Shown piece by piece: positions 47,562-57,845 of a DNA stretch of 64,000 bases. Position numbers and translations under genes: made by a program. The stretch comes from Armatimonadota bacterium. Lineage in GTDB: Bacteria; Armatimonadota; UBA5829; DSUL01. The stretch lies in NCBI GenBank assembly GCA_039811685.1, contig JBDHZC010000002.1, positions 448,001 through 512,000 on the forward strand, read 5' to 3'. The notes under the pieces are model-generated. The model did no database searches and was not told where the DNA came from. It saw nothing but the letters and a program-made list of their open reading frames with translations. Every line of letters starts with the position of its first letter. Position 1 is the stretch's first letter.

Positions 47562-47603
47562 TTGGCATAAGTCAAGGAAACACACCCGCAAACGCCCTAT
47601 AAT
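47562..47603 (+). promoter_or_regulatory. Fnr/Crp-family-like operator plus -10 box (class II geometry)
   Basis: TTGGC-ATAA-GTCAA (47562-47575) and TATAAT (47598-47603). Confidence 0.6.
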
Positions 47604-47645
47604 TGAAACAGAGAAGGCAGCCGCGCCTTCTGCGGGAGCAAAACT

Positions 47646-48425
47646 ATGTCTGGAAACTCGACCACCGTACGAAAAGTCATCAGAATTGACGAAGAGCTTT
47701 GCGACGGCTGTGGACTGTGTATTCCCAACTGTGTCGAGGGCGCTCTGGAGATTGTGGACGGCAAGGCGAAGCTGGTATCTGACCGGTACTGTGACGGACT
47801 GGGAGCCTGCCTTGGCTACTGTCCGCAGGGGGCTATCACTATTGAAGAGCGTCCAGCAGAAGCCTTTGACGAAGAAGCTGTCGCGGTGCGAAACGCGATC
47901 AAGCAACGGCTCGAGATGCTGGAGAAAAGTCCGGCGTTGATGCCGCACTCTGGCGCGTGTCCCGGCTCCCGGATGGTGGATTTCACACACAGGCAACGCC
48001 AGCAACCGGCTGATGCGGCAACTGACACGCCGCAGCCAAGTGAGCTTCGTCAGTGGCCCGTGAAGCTCAAACTGGTCAACCCAGCCGCCCCCTACTTTGA
48101 AAACGCCGATCTCTTGATTGCAGCCGATTGTACCGCTTTTGCCAGTGGCTCTTTTCATCGCGACTTTCTGAAGGACCGCGCTGTGGTCATCTCCTGTCCC
48201 AAGTTCGAAGACCCCGCGCCGCAGTACCAGAAACTGGCGGAGATCTGCGCCATGAATACCCTGCGCTCAATAACTGTTCTGATTATGGAGGTGCCATGCT
48301 GCTTCGGACTGGCCTCTATGGCACGGCAGGCCGTAGAAGCCTCCGGCAAGCAGACACCGCTGGAAGTGAAGGTTGTCGGAATACAGGGAGACGCGCAGGG
48401 CGATCAGGCTGTCCGGGGATTCTGA
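47646..48425 (+). CDS. 4Fe-4S dicluster protein with Cys-rich C-terminal domain
   Basis: CDGCGLCIPNC, CDGLGACLGYCP, CPGS, SELRQWP, AADC, CPK, MEVPCC. Confidence 0.88.
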   Translation: MSGNSTTVRKVIRIDEELCDGCGLCIPNCVEGALEIVDGKAKLVSDRYCDGLGACLGYCPQGAITIEERPAEAFDEEAVAVRNAIKQRLEMLEKSPALMPHSGACPGSRMVDFTHRQRQQPADAATDTPQPSELRQWPVKLKLVNPAAPYFENADLLIAADCTAFASGSFHRDFLKDRAVVISCPKFEDPAPQYQKLAEICAMNTLRSITVLIMEVPCCFGLASMARQAVEASGKQTPLEVKVVGIQGDAQGDQAVRGF

Positions 48426-48436
48426 GTCGCCAGGTC

Positions 48437-49528
48437 TCAGCTCAGGTCCTTTGCCGCGTCCAGTTGTTTGAGATCGGAATGGGGTGAGCGCGTTGCGCTG
48501 TCGCGGAGGACCTTCTCCGCAGCTTCAATCACCTCCTCAGGCTGCAACAGCTCCAGACACTTACGCCCAACAGAGCACTCTGTCTGGAAGCAGGGGTGAC
48601 ACGGGACAGGGTGCGACAGAGCGATGCTCCCTGGGCCCTGAGGCCCTGTGAACTTCGGATCACTCGGCCCGTACAGCCCGACGGCAGGCGTCCCAACCGC
48701 GCCAGCGACATGCAAAGCGCCGGAGTCCACCCCGATGAACAGGTCTGCTCGCGCCAGGAGCGCCGCCAGGTCTTTCAGAGATGTTCTGGTGGTGAAGTCC
48801 AGCACCGGCCCGTGCGTATGCTGCAGAATCGGATCCGCAGACACCGTACCGACTATGGCTACCGCCGTGTCAGGTAGTGCGCTGAAATGATCCGCAACAG
48901 CCGCAAATCCCTGATCCGTCCACTCTTTGATGCTGCGCTTCGGACTGGCTCCGGGCCCCAGGACCACCAGGCGCTTGCTGTGAGGGACACCCATGTCCGC
49001 AAGAGTAGCCTCCATGCGGCCCATTTCTCCAAGTGGCGCCTTCAGGAGTCCCACATAGTCCGTACGGGCTGGCTTGATGCCCACGGCTTCCAGAAGGCGC
49101 AGATTGTTCGCAGTGGAGGGTGGTCCGATCTTCACTACCCGGTCAGTAAGCAGCCAACCCAGCTTTGTACGAGTGAAACCAATTCGCCGCGGTGAACCTG
49201 ACAGCCGCGCCAGCAGACACGGCTCCAGAGACTGCGACATAACAAAGCTGAGTTGAGGCTCGCGCTTCTTGAGAGCCCGCGCCAGCGCCAGGCGCCTGCG
49301 CCAACTCGCATGCCTGTCCCGCGCCAGATATTCCTCCGACAGTCCCGCCATCTCCCAGACCGGAATCATCTCTGGACGCACAACGCTGAGAATGCGCGCT
49401 CTGGGAAAGTGGCGCCGCAGCGATGCGAGCAGGGGCAAACTGAAAACGACGTCTCCGAGATGATTGAGGTGAAAGACCTGAATCCGGCGCACCTCAGAGG
49501 GATCTATGTGCAGCGGGCGCGCTTTCAC
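48437..49528 (-). CDS. GT9 LPS heptosyltransferase (WaaF-like)
   Basis: HLGDVV, LGPGAS...KEW, VDSGALHVA, PCHPC. Confidence 0.87.
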   Translation of the reverse strand: MKARPLHIDPSEVRRIQVFHLNHLGDVVFSLPLLASLRRHFPRARILSVVRPEMIPVWEMAGLSEEYLARDRHASWRRRLALARALKKREPQLSFVMSQSLEPCLLARLSGSPRRIGFTRTKLGWLLTDRVVKIGPPSTANNLRLLEAVGIKPARTDYVGLLKAPLGEMGRMEATLADMGVPHSKRLVVLGPGASPKRSIKEWTDQGFAAVADHFSALPDTAVAIVGTVSADPILQHTHGPVLDFTTRTSLKDLAALLARADLFIGVDSGALHVAGAVGTPAVGLYGPSDPKFTGPQGPGSIALSHPVPCHPCFQTECSVGRKCLELLQPEEVIEAAEKVLRDSATRSPHSDLKQLDAAKDLS

Positions 49529-50610
49529 TTTGCGGTCTGCAGCTCCAAACGATTTCGCAGCGGACGCTCCTCCAGTAACTTGGCGAGCTCCATAAAGACC
49601 TCATCAGCCTGAATATCCTCCATAGTCGCCACGTCCGAGCGACCAGCGCCAGCATGGCGATCTATCACGCGGTGAATATCCCCGTACGGCCCGGTACGCG
49701 CTGCGGTTGAGGCCGCGAACACACCTACGACAGGCGTGCCCAGGGCTGCGGCCAGATGCATCGGCCCAGTATCACCGCCCACAAACGCATCGACCTGCTC
49801 CACCAGCGCTGCCAGGGTGAACAGCGTCGTCGGCCTACACAGAACCGCAGCGCCGTTTGAAAGCGCGACAGCCTGCTGCGCTATCTCTCGCTCTGCGTCA
49901 TTGCCCCACGTAAAGATAGAGACTGCATCGAGCTGAGATCGCGCCATCTCGGCCACCAGGCTGAAGCGCTCCGCCGGCCACCGCCTGTCCGCTTTGCTGG
50001 AGCCCACATTCATGACCACGACCGGACTGCTGCGTTGAATCTCGCTGAGATACTGACGCATGTGCTTCCGCGCTTCAGCAGGCGGCTCAATGGGGAAGCG
50101 GGCGCGCTCCGGCTGCACGCCAACGGCCGCCAGCATGCTCATCCAGCGATCTACGACGTGTCCGCTGCGCGGCATAGCCATCCAGTGATTGGTAAACACC
50201 CAGTTCAGCTCTTCCGCATCCCACATCCGCCAGCCGACCCGATACTTTGCTCCCGAGACGGTCAGTGCCAGGCCGGATTTGAGGCGGTCCTGCACAGCCA
50301 GGGCCACATCGTAGCGCCGGGCCTGCAGCTCCGGGCGTACCAGAGCCAACTGGCGCAGAAACTCCTGGCGCTTCGAGGCGTTCAGCATCCCTGCTCCGGG
50401 AAAGCGTGGGAAGGTGAATACCCTGCTCACTCCACGGCACATTTCCACAACCGCGCGCGACTTGGGCTCAACCACCCAGTCCACTTCCGTGCCTGGAAGA
50501 TGTCTGTTGAGAGCCTCCACCAGCGGAGTCGTAAGAACAGTATCACCGATGGCGGAAAGGCGAACGATGAGTACGCGCTGTGGGTTGCGGCAGACCAGAG
50601 CGGACCTCAA
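49525..50610 (-). CDS. GT9 LPS heptosyltransferase (WaaC-like)
   Basis: IVRLSAIGD, WVVE, RRWP, GDTGPMHLAAA, RTGPY; probable TTG start overlapping the upstream stop. Confidence 0.87.
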   Translation of the reverse strand: MRSALVCRNPQRVLIVRLSAIGDTVLTTPLVEALNRHLPGTEVDWVVEPKSRAVVEMCRGVSRVFTFPRFPGAGMLNASKRQEFLRQLALVRPELQARRYDVALAVQDRLKSGLALTVSGAKYRVGWRMWDAEELNWVFTNHWMAMPRSGHVVDRWMSMLAAVGVQPERARFPIEPPAEARKHMRQYLSEIQRSSPVVVMNVGSSKADRRWPAERFSLVAEMARSQLDAVSIFTWGNDAEREIAQQAVALSNGAAVLCRPTTLFTLAALVEQVDAFVGGDTGPMHLAAALGTPVVGVFAASTAARTGPYGDIHRVIDRHAGAGRSDVATMEDIQADEVFMELAKLLEERPLRNRLELQTAK

Positions 50611-51512
50611 GCTTCCTCCTCTGGCGGGCGCTTTCGCCACCTGTCGTGAAACCAGAGCCACTGCTCCGGATACTGCCGGATCTGCTCCTCAATCACTCTT
50701 GTAAAGTCTGCGCTTACCTGCCAGATGCGCTCATCCAGACTCCCACTGTCCGGGATATCCAAAGGCTGTTTCATCTCTATGCGGAAGCCATGGGCCGTTC
50801 TCACGGCAAAACCGGGAATGACCGGACAGCGCGCGCGAAGCGCCAGAAGCGCCACGCCAGGGGCCACCGAAGCCATTTTCCCGAAGAACGGCACAAACAC
50901 CGGATTGTAGATAGTATTTTGATCCGGCAGCACTCCGAGCAACTCATTGGCTGACAGAGTTTTGAGCATCAGAGAGGCTGGTTCCTGTTTGCTGATTGTG
51001 CCGAACCCACCGCGCCTGCGCACGTCGTTGATATAGGCGGCCTGCGTCGGGTTATCAGAGTCTCTGGCCACGACCGTCAACGGGTAACCCTCGGCAACCA
51101 GCCGCATGCCGAGATACTCCCAGTTGCCAAAGTGTCCGGTAATCACCACTGCCCCGCGGCCACCGCCCAGAGCTGCCTTCAGCGCTTCCTCGTCAAACGC
51201 CGGCGCCAGAGAACGGATAGTTTCCGGAGACTGCCGCCGCAGCCAGAAGAACTCTACCGCCACCTGACCGAAATGTTCAAGCACGCGCTTTGCCAGGCTC
51301 TCAAGCTCTTCCTGGCTGGAATGCTCTCCGAAAGCCAGACCCAGATTTTTCAGTGCAACCTGCCGGTAGCGTCTGGACACGCGCCACACGAACCGTCCAA
51401 GCGCCCGCCCCATCGGCGCAACATGGCGGCGCGGCGCGTTGCCAGCCGCTGTTCCAAAAACACGCAGCGCGACTGTCCCCGCAAGAGATTCTGCTTTACT
51501 GGCCCCTGGCAT
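50607..51512 (-). CDS. lpxL: Lipid A late acyltransferase (LpxL/HtrB family)
   Basis: TGHFGNWE, LPDQN, VPFFG, PEQWLWFHDRW. Confidence 0.87.
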   Translation of the reverse strand: MPGASKAESLAGTVALRVFGTAAGNAPRRHVAPMGRALGRFVWRVSRRYRQVALKNLGLAFGEHSSQEELESLAKRVLEHFGQVAVEFFWLRRQSPETIRSLAPAFDEEALKAALGGGRGAVVITGHFGNWEYLGMRLVAEGYPLTVVARDSDNPTQAAYINDVRRRGGFGTISKQEPASLMLKTLSANELLGVLPDQNTIYNPVFVPFFGKMASVAPGVALLALRARCPVIPGFAVRTAHGFRIEMKQPLDIPDSGSLDERIWQVSADFTRVIEEQIRQYPEQWLWFHDRWRKRPPEEEA

Positions 51513-51521
51513 TGAAAGAGA

Positions 51522-52637
51522 TTATAGCTGCGCTTGTCTCTGGGAGGTCGCAGGGCAGGCAAGCTCCACAAGCCTGTCAAAGTCCGAAATGAGCATTTCC
51601 GCTTTGAGAATCCGCAACCGCTCCGGCAGGCGCAATGAATCCATGCGTACAAAATCCTTCGCAGACGTCATGATCCACTCAGCGTCGGCAGCCTGTGCCC
51701 ACTCCTCGGCGCATTCCAGATCGTCCTGTGAAATTGGGCAGTGATCCGGCAGGAAAAGTTGTGCAACGACATCCGCGCCAGCATCTTTCAGAGTCTCTAC
51801 AAACGACTCCGGCGATCCGATTCCGCAAAATGCCATCACGCGCCTGCGGCGCAGGTCGTCAGCGGGCCGGCTGGATCCGGCCGGCGTATCAACAGACACG
51901 GCAGTGTAGTCCGCGGTGTGAATTGCGGCTTTCGGAGCCATATCTCTCAGGCGGCGCATAAGGTCGGTCCGGGCTGATTCCCGCAAGGCGCGCCCATGGG
52001 TTACGATTAGTACTGAAGCCCGTTTGAGGCCGCTGACAGGCTCCCGCAGAATGCCAGCCGGCATTACCTGACCGTTGCCAAAGGGCTTCTGAGCATCCAC
52101 AAGGACCACATCCACGTCTCGCGCCAGTTGCCAGTACTGCAAGCCGTCGTCCAGCACCAGCGCGCTTACTCCCAGATCTTCAACTGCCCGCCGGCCGCTG
52201 ATACGGCGGTCTTTACCGGTGAGCACAGCCACTCCAGGCAACTCCTGCGCCAGAAGCTGCGCTTCGTCCCCACTGTCCTTCCAGCCGGCCAGCACATTTT
52301 GCCCGTCTGAGACAGTCAACGCTTCATGCGTCCGCTGCGCTCCGTACCCACGCAGGAGCACTGCTGTAGCGCACCGTTTCTGAAGAGCTGATGCCAGTGC
52401 CTGCACCACTCCTGTCTTTCCCGTGCCACCGAGTGTGAGGTTGCCGACGCTGATAACACGAACTGGCAGATGTGTGCGCTTGCGCAGCCCCACGGAATCG
52501 GTCCACAGATAGACTGCCAGCCCCGCTCGATAGAGCCAGGCCAGCGGCGTCAACAGCCATATCAGCGCCCGGGATCGCAGAGGCGCGCGCGAGCTGTAAG
52601 CGCCCGCTATCCAGGAAGAGCGCAGCGTTCTCTTCAC
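51522..52637 (-). CDS. lpxK: Tetraacyldisaccharide 4'-kinase
   Basis: VISVGNLTLGGTGKT, RGYG, GDE, LDDGLQ, PAGILRE, PDH, KD; GTG start overlapping the waaA stop. Confidence 0.93.
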   Translation of the reverse strand: MKRTLRSSWIAGAYSSRAPLRSRALIWLLTPLAWLYRAGLAVYLWTDSVGLRKRTHLPVRVISVGNLTLGGTGKTGVVQALASALQKRCATAVLLRGYGAQRTHEALTVSDGQNVLAGWKDSGDEAQLLAQELPGVAVLTGKDRRISGRRAVEDLGVSALVLDDGLQYWQLARDVDVVLVDAQKPFGNGQVMPAGILREPVSGLKRASVLIVTHGRALRESARTDLMRRLRDMAPKAAIHTADYTAVSVDTPAGSSRPADDLRRRRVMAFCGIGSPESFVETLKDAGADVVAQLFLPDHCPISQDDLECAEEWAQAADAEWIMTSAKDFVRMDSLRLPERLRILKAEMLISDFDRLVELACPATSQRQAQL

Positions 52638-53989
52638 ATCGAGCCTTTGGCGCGTTCTGCCAGCTTCTGAATTTCCTCTGCACAACGCTTTGACGCCCCC
52701 TGATTGCTCTGAATCAGAGCAAGCGCCTTATCATAGAGACTTTGGCGTCTTTCGCCGGTTGCCAGCTCTGTGATCAGCTTCGCCAGGTCTTCCGGAGTCT
52801 GGGCTTGATAGGCTACACCGGCTTCCAACGCGCGCGCGGCAATATCGCGGATTTTGTAGTCGTACGGGCCAAAAGTCACCGGCACACCCTGTGCCAGAGG
52901 CTGGAGGATATTGTGCCCGCCTTTATCAATAAACGTTCCACCGACGAACGCTACGTTAGCCAGACGGTAGATTCTCGCAAGCTCACCAAAGGTATCAAGG
53001 ACAATCACGTCGGCAGTGTGTCCTCCCGTAACGGCGCTGCGGCGGATAGCGCTGTAGCCATAACCACGACACTCCTCCACCACCTCATCTGCCCTTTCTA
53101 TCTGCCGCGGAGCGATCACCAGACGCAAGCCTGCCGTACGCTTTCGCGCCGCCTGAAAAGCTCGCAACACAACGCCCTCTTCCCCCGGATTCGTGCTGCC
53201 CGCCACCACCAGCGCATCCGCAGGGTCAACACCGCAGGCGCGAGACAGCTCCAGAGCCTCATCCGGCGTGAGCGGTTCTCCGGCTTCATCGAACTTCGTG
53301 TTTCCTGCAACGGCAACTCGCTCCTCCGGCGCGCCCATTTCGACAATACGCTGTGCGTCAACTTCGTACTGCATCACAAAGCGATCCACATTGCCGAGCG
53401 CCCACCGGTAGATTGACCCGAAGCGTCTCGCCTTTTCAACCGTAGAGTCGGAGACCTGGCCGTTTACGACGGCCACCGCAGCGCCGCAGCGTCTGGCTTC
53501 GTTAATAAGATTCGGCCACAGCTCTTTTTCACAAAGCGCCAGACACAGAGGTTGCACGCGCTTCATAACTGAGCGCACAGCAGGCAGCATGTCTACGGGA
53601 AGGTAGAAAACGGGCAAATGCGGCAGGAGCTTGTGAGCCATCACTCGCCCTGTGGAGGTCGTTGTCGTGAGTTCAGTGGAGTAGGCGCCTGACAGAGCAG
53701 CGTATTCTCTCAGGATAGACGCCGCCACCGTCACTTCTCCCACGGAAACGGCGTGCAACCACACATTATCCCGGGGCACAATCTCCCGTTGCGCTTTGGA
53801 CGGCCAGCCAAGACGCTCCAGCCAGCCTTCGCGGGATTTTCCGTTGCCAAAAACGCGGTAGCCATACCAGGCCAGCAACGCCGGACTGAGCGCAGTGAGC
53901 GCTGCGTTGTACGCGAGAAAAGCGCTCCGCCTGGAGTCAGGATTCTCAGGATGCGGTGGCTTTTCGCACAGGTCCTCTTCAATTCTCAT
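52634..53989 (-). CDS. waaA: 3-deoxy-D-manno-octulosonate (Kdo) transferase
   Basis: WLHAVSVGE, ELWPN, GNTKFD, IAPR, DTFGEL, GGHNILQP. Confidence 0.93.
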   Translation of the reverse strand: MRIEEDLCEKPPHPENPDSRRSAFLAYNAALTALSPALLAWYGYRVFGNGKSREGWLERLGWPSKAQREIVPRDNVWLHAVSVGEVTVAASILREYAALSGAYSTELTTTTSTGRVMAHKLLPHLPVFYLPVDMLPAVRSVMKRVQPLCLALCEKELWPNLINEARRCGAAVAVVNGQVSDSTVEKARRFGSIYRWALGNVDRFVMQYEVDAQRIVEMGAPEERVAVAGNTKFDEAGEPLTPDEALELSRACGVDPADALVVAGSTNPGEEGVVLRAFQAARKRTAGLRLVIAPRQIERADEVVEECRGYGYSAIRRSAVTGGHTADVIVLDTFGELARIYRLANVAFVGGTFIDKGGHNILQPLAQGVPVTFGPYDYKIRDIAARALEAGVAYQAQTPEDLAKLITELATGERRQSLYDKALALIQSNQGASKRCAEEIQKLAERAKGSM

Positions 53990-55736
53990 GGGCGGAAGCC
54001 TCGGCCAGACGGTGTTGGACCTCATAGAGCTTTCTGAACAGCGTATTGCCGCGCATCAACTCATCAAACGCGCCGCACTCCACCATCCGCCCTCTCTCCA
54101 ACACAAAGATTCGATCCGCCTTTGTGATAGTAGCCAGTCTGTGCGCGATTATCAGAGTAGTGCGACTGCTCATAAGCCGCTCCAGCGCTTCCTGAACAAG
54201 ACGCTCTGATTCTGCGTCAAGAGAGGACGTCGCCTCATCCAGAATCAGAATAGCCGGGTCCGCCAGAATCGCCCGGGCAATGGCGATACGTTGCCGCTGA
54301 CCCTGAGAAATACGCGTGCCGCGGTCTCCCAGCACGGTATCGTACCCATTCTCGGTCTTGACGATAAAGTCATGGGCGTGCGCTGCCCGCGCTGCCTCCT
54401 CGATCTCCGCAGTCGTCGCGTCACGACGTCCGTAAGCGATATTCTCTCGAATTGAGGCGGCAAACAGCATGGTCTCCTGAGGCACTATGGCAATCTGCCG
54501 GCGCAGAGGCGTCAGAAGAAGCCCGCGAACGTCCTGCCCATCTATGCGCACCGCGCCAGAGTTCGGATCGTAAAAGCGGGGAATCAGGCTGGCGATTGTA
54601 GATTTTCCGGCCCCACTCGGGCCAACCAGGGCAACGATCTCCCCCGGAGCAATCTCGAAAGAGAGATCGCGAATCACGTCGGTCTCGCCGGAATAGCTGA
54701 AGGAAACACTCTCAAAAGTGATTTGCCCGCGGATGTCTCCGGGAGGGCGCGCGTCTTGGGGCTCGGCCACATCCGGCCGGTCGTCCAGAATCTCAAAAAT
54801 CCTCTCCGCCGCCGCGCTGACCGTCTGATACTGGATGTTGATTCGACCGATCATCCGAGCTGAGGTGGCGACCTTCACCATCAGAAAAACAAACGCGCCC
54901 AGGGCGTCCATAGTCATCTGATCCCTGGCCACAAACCACCCACCGTACAGCAGAATCCCGATGGTGCCGAAAGCGCCGATCAACTCGACCGTAGGCTGCA
55001 GCGCCGCACTGCGCTTCACACCGCGCATGGCGGCATAGTAGCCTTCACGATTGCAGTCCGAAAAGCGCCTCATCTCGTAGTCTTCAGCCGCGAAGGACTT
55101 TATGATGCGCATCCCGGCGATGGTCTCCTCCATCATCTCCGTCAGGTCCGCAAGGCGCGTCTGGAGCACGGAACTCAGAGAGCGCATCTTGCCACCGATG
55201 CGGGCGATGGCCACCGCCATCACTGGCACCACCAGGACCGCTGCAATAGTCAGCCGCCAGTTCAGATACAGCATTCCCACCAGCCCGCCCAGGCCCAGCA
55301 CTGGCCCGGTGACAAGATCTGTGAGGACAGACCCGCTGCTTTGCACCACGCCAACGTCGTTCGTCATGCGGCTCATAATCTGACCGGTGCGCTGGCGGTC
55401 GAAGAAGCTGATAGAAAGAACATGCAGATGGTTGTAGAGCCGGCCGCGCAGGTCTGTAGTCAACTTGTAGATGCCGGCAGAGAGCAGGACCGTCTGCTGA
55501 TAGCTGAAAAACCACTTGCCAGCGTAGATGCCTACAATCATCACACATAGCTCGCGCAGCAGCTTCGTAGCCTGTGCGAGGTTGGCGCTTCCCAGCTCGA
55601 TGAATTTCTTCAGAGCCAGCGCCAGCGACAAATCCAGCAACGAGACTATGCCTGCCGCCAGAATCCCGCCGGCAAAGTACTTCAGGTAGGGGCGCGAAAT
55701 GGTGAACAGCCGCCTGATCGGGGTCGCTTCTTTCAT
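53979..55736 (-). CDS. msbA: Lipid A export ABC transporter (MsbA-like)
   Basis: TM domain plus NBD GPSGAGKS, ISQGQRQR, ILDEATSSLD, IAHRL; located within the lpx cluster. Confidence 0.87.
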   Translation of the reverse strand: MKEATPIRRLFTISRPYLKYFAGGILAAGIVSLLDLSLALALKKFIELGSANLAQATKLLRELCVMIVGIYAGKWFFSYQQTVLLSAGIYKLTTDLRGRLYNHLHVLSISFFDRQRTGQIMSRMTNDVGVVQSSGSVLTDLVTGPVLGLGGLVGMLYLNWRLTIAAVLVVPVMAVAIARIGGKMRSLSSVLQTRLADLTEMMEETIAGMRIIKSFAAEDYEMRRFSDCNREGYYAAMRGVKRSAALQPTVELIGAFGTIGILLYGGWFVARDQMTMDALGAFVFLMVKVATSARMIGRINIQYQTVSAAAERIFEILDDRPDVAEPQDARPPGDIRGQITFESVSFSYSGETDVIRDLSFEIAPGEIVALVGPSGAGKSTIASLIPRFYDPNSGAVRIDGQDVRGLLLTPLRRQIAIVPQETMLFAASIRENIAYGRRDATTAEIEEAARAAHAHDFIVKTENGYDTVLGDRGTRISQGQRQRIAIARAILADPAILILDEATSSLDAESERLVQEALERLMSSRTTLIIAHRLATITKADRIFVLERGRMVECGAFDELMRGNTLFRKLYEVQHRLAEASAHEN

Positions 55737-57001
55737 GCCGGAGCTTTCCCGCAAACGCTCGCCCGACTCACAGTTGCAAACCAGTCCAGAAGCGCGTCCG
55801 CCGTTCGCTCAAGCGCGCCGGTGGGCTCCAGTACGCTGCGCAGACTCTGCAGGCAATCAATCTGGTGAGCCCTCTGTTGTCCGTCGTCCAGCAGCGATTC
55901 AAGACGCGCCGCGATAGCCTCGCCAGTGGCCTCATCCTGGCGCAGCTCCGGGACAATCATCTCATCCGCCAGAATATTGGGCATCGCCATATACTCAATC
56001 TTCATGCGCCTGATGCGGTACTCCAGCTTCATCATAGCCGATCCGCGGTACACGACCACCATCGGAGTCAGCGCCACCAGCGCTTCGAGAGTCGCCGAAC
56101 CCGAACACACAACCGCCGCCCGAGCCTGACAGATAGCCTCCTGCGTCCCGGAACGCACCAGCGTCAGAGGCGGCTCGGGCAGAGATCTCCGCTTCAGAGC
56201 CTTCAGACTCCGCCGCACAAGCGCAACAGCCTGCTCGGACGGATAGTGATCAGCCAGTGGAACCACAAAGCCAACTCCGCCGCGCCGCCGGGATGTCAGC
56301 GCCGCGGCTTCAACCATCACCGGCAGGATATTGTCCACCTCGTGTCCGCGGCTGCCCGGCAGTAAAGCGACAATATCCAGAGTAGGATCAATATCCAGAC
56401 TCCGGCAGAACGCCTGCTTCGAAAGCGCCGGTTTCACCTGGTCCAGCAGTGGGTGGCCCAGAAAGTCGGCCTTTGCGCCGGCAGCCCGCAGGTTATCAGC
56501 ATACCACGGATAGGGACTGATAAAATAGTCCGCTGCGCTCAAAATGCGCTCAGATGGCGGTGTCTTTCGCCATGACCCCGGCGGAAACCAGTACGCAACC
56601 GGCACCCCGTGAGAGCGCAGGAAAGGCGCCATACGCAGGTTGAACGCGCCAAAATCAACAGCAAGGGCAAAATCTGGAGGATTGGTGAGAATCTGACGCC
56701 TGGCTCGCCGCTCTGTTATGAGTCCGGGGATTATCAGCTTTGAGGCCTGCACGACGCCAATAGCCGAGGCGCGGGACGTGTCGAAAAGCAGGTCCACTCC
56801 CACTTGTTGAAGATGACGGCCGCCGACACCCCAGACTCTCAGGTCCTCAATGCGGCGGCGCAAAGCTTTAACGAGAAGCGCAGAGTGATAGTCGCCGGAT
56901 GCGTCACCGGCAAAAAGAGCGATATCCAGCCCCGAGAGCCGGGCGCAGTCCGGCGCGGGGCTGTCTGTGGCGATTGACGCGTTGGAGGAAGGGGCGCTTA
57001 T
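55733..57001 (-). CDS. lpxB: Lipid-A-disaccharide synthase (non-canonical start: ATA 57001 or CTG 56929)
   Basis: FAGDASGD (upstream of the track start), VDFGAFN, GHPLLD, LLPGSR, SGSATLE, PNIL..IVPEL.Q. Confidence 0.9.
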   Translation of the reverse strand: MSAPSSNASIATDSPAPDCARLSGLDIALFAGDASGDYHSALLVKALRRRIEDLRVWGVGGRHLQQVGVDLLFDTSRASAIGVVQASKLIIPGLITERRARRQILTNPPDFALAVDFGAFNLRMAPFLRSHGVPVAYWFPPGSWRKTPPSERILSAADYFISPYPWYADNLRAAGAKADFLGHPLLDQVKPALSKQAFCRSLDIDPTLDIVALLPGSRGHEVDNILPVMVEAAALTSRRRGGVGFVVPLADHYPSEQAVALVRRSLKALKRRSLPEPPLTLVRSGTQEAICQARAAVVCSGSATLEALVALTPMVVVYRGSAMMKLEYRIRRMKIEYMAMPNILADEMIVPELRQDEATGEAIAARLESLLDDGQQRAHQIDCLQSLRSVLEPTGALERTADALLDWFATVSRASVCGKAPA

Positions 57002-57819
57002 CTGCGCGGAGCTTCCAACTGCCGCCCGCCAAATCCCAGCTTGATGTTCTGAATATACTCGACGAGATAATCCACCTCAGGGCTGGGTTCCACCTCTTCG
57101 ATGATCGCCTCCAGAGCCTGAGAGACATTCAAGCTGGGTGTGCGGTACAGCAGCCTGTGGGCCAGCTTCAGGTTGTCACGCACTTCGGCCGGAATGCCTG
57201 CCCGGCGCAGGCCAACGCGGTTGACATCGTAAACGCGAGCGGGATGCCCATCCGCCGCCATATAGGGCGGGACATCCTGAACAACCTTGCTCAACCCTCC
57301 GATAAAGGCCAGGCGGCCAATCCTGACAAACTGATGCACGCCGACCATTCCGCCAAAAACAACTCGATCTTCGACTGCCACGTGGCCGCTGATGCCCACA
57401 GTATTGGCCATCGTGACTTCATTGCCAATTGTACAGTTGTGCCCGATGTGGCAGTACGCCATAAGGACATTGTCGTGGCCGATGCGCGTGTACTCGTCTT
57501 CGCCGGTCGCGCGGTGGATAGTCACAAACTCTCTGAGATTGTTGTTATCGCCGATCTGCAGAAAGCTGCGCTCGCCTTTGAATTTGACGTCCTGCGGCTC
57601 ACCGCCCAGTATCACGTGCGACTTGATTTTGCATTGCTGCCCGATTGTCGTCCAGCGCTGAATGACTACCTGACTCTCGATCACCGTACCGTCGCCAATA
57701 ACAACGTCCGGGCCGATGATGGAGTAAGGCCCAATTTCAACATTCACACCGATCTCTGCGGTAGGGGAAACTTCCGCGGTCGGGTGGATGCGCGTACCGA
57801 TCTGTTCACCAAGTTTCAT
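56998..57819 (-). CDS. lpxA: UDP-N-acetylglucosamine acyltransferase
   Basis: IHPTA, hexapeptide repeats, PQDVKF, REFVTIHRAT, HIGHNC, VHQF, QDVPPY. Confidence 0.96.
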   Translation of the reverse strand: MKLGEQIGTRIHPTAEVSPTAEIGVNVEIGPYSIIGPDVVIGDGTVIESQVVIQRWTTIGQQCKIKSHVILGGEPQDVKFKGERSFLQIGDNNNLREFVTIHRATGEDEYTRIGHDNVLMAYCHIGHNCTIGNEVTMANTVGISGHVAVEDRVVFGGMVGVHQFVRIGRLAFIGGLSKVVQDVPPYMAADGHPARVYDVNRVGLRRAGIPAEVRDNLKLAHRLLYRTPSLNVSQALEAIIEEVEPSPEVDYLVEYIQNIKLGFGGRQLEAPRR

Positions 57820-57845
57820 CGTGCGAATGGGGCTCCTCTGGCTCC

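Noticed and set aside
55733..57001. lpxB as a truncated pseudogene
   Set aside because: Frame is open through the conserved N-terminal motif and the other motifs are intact; only the start codon is atypical
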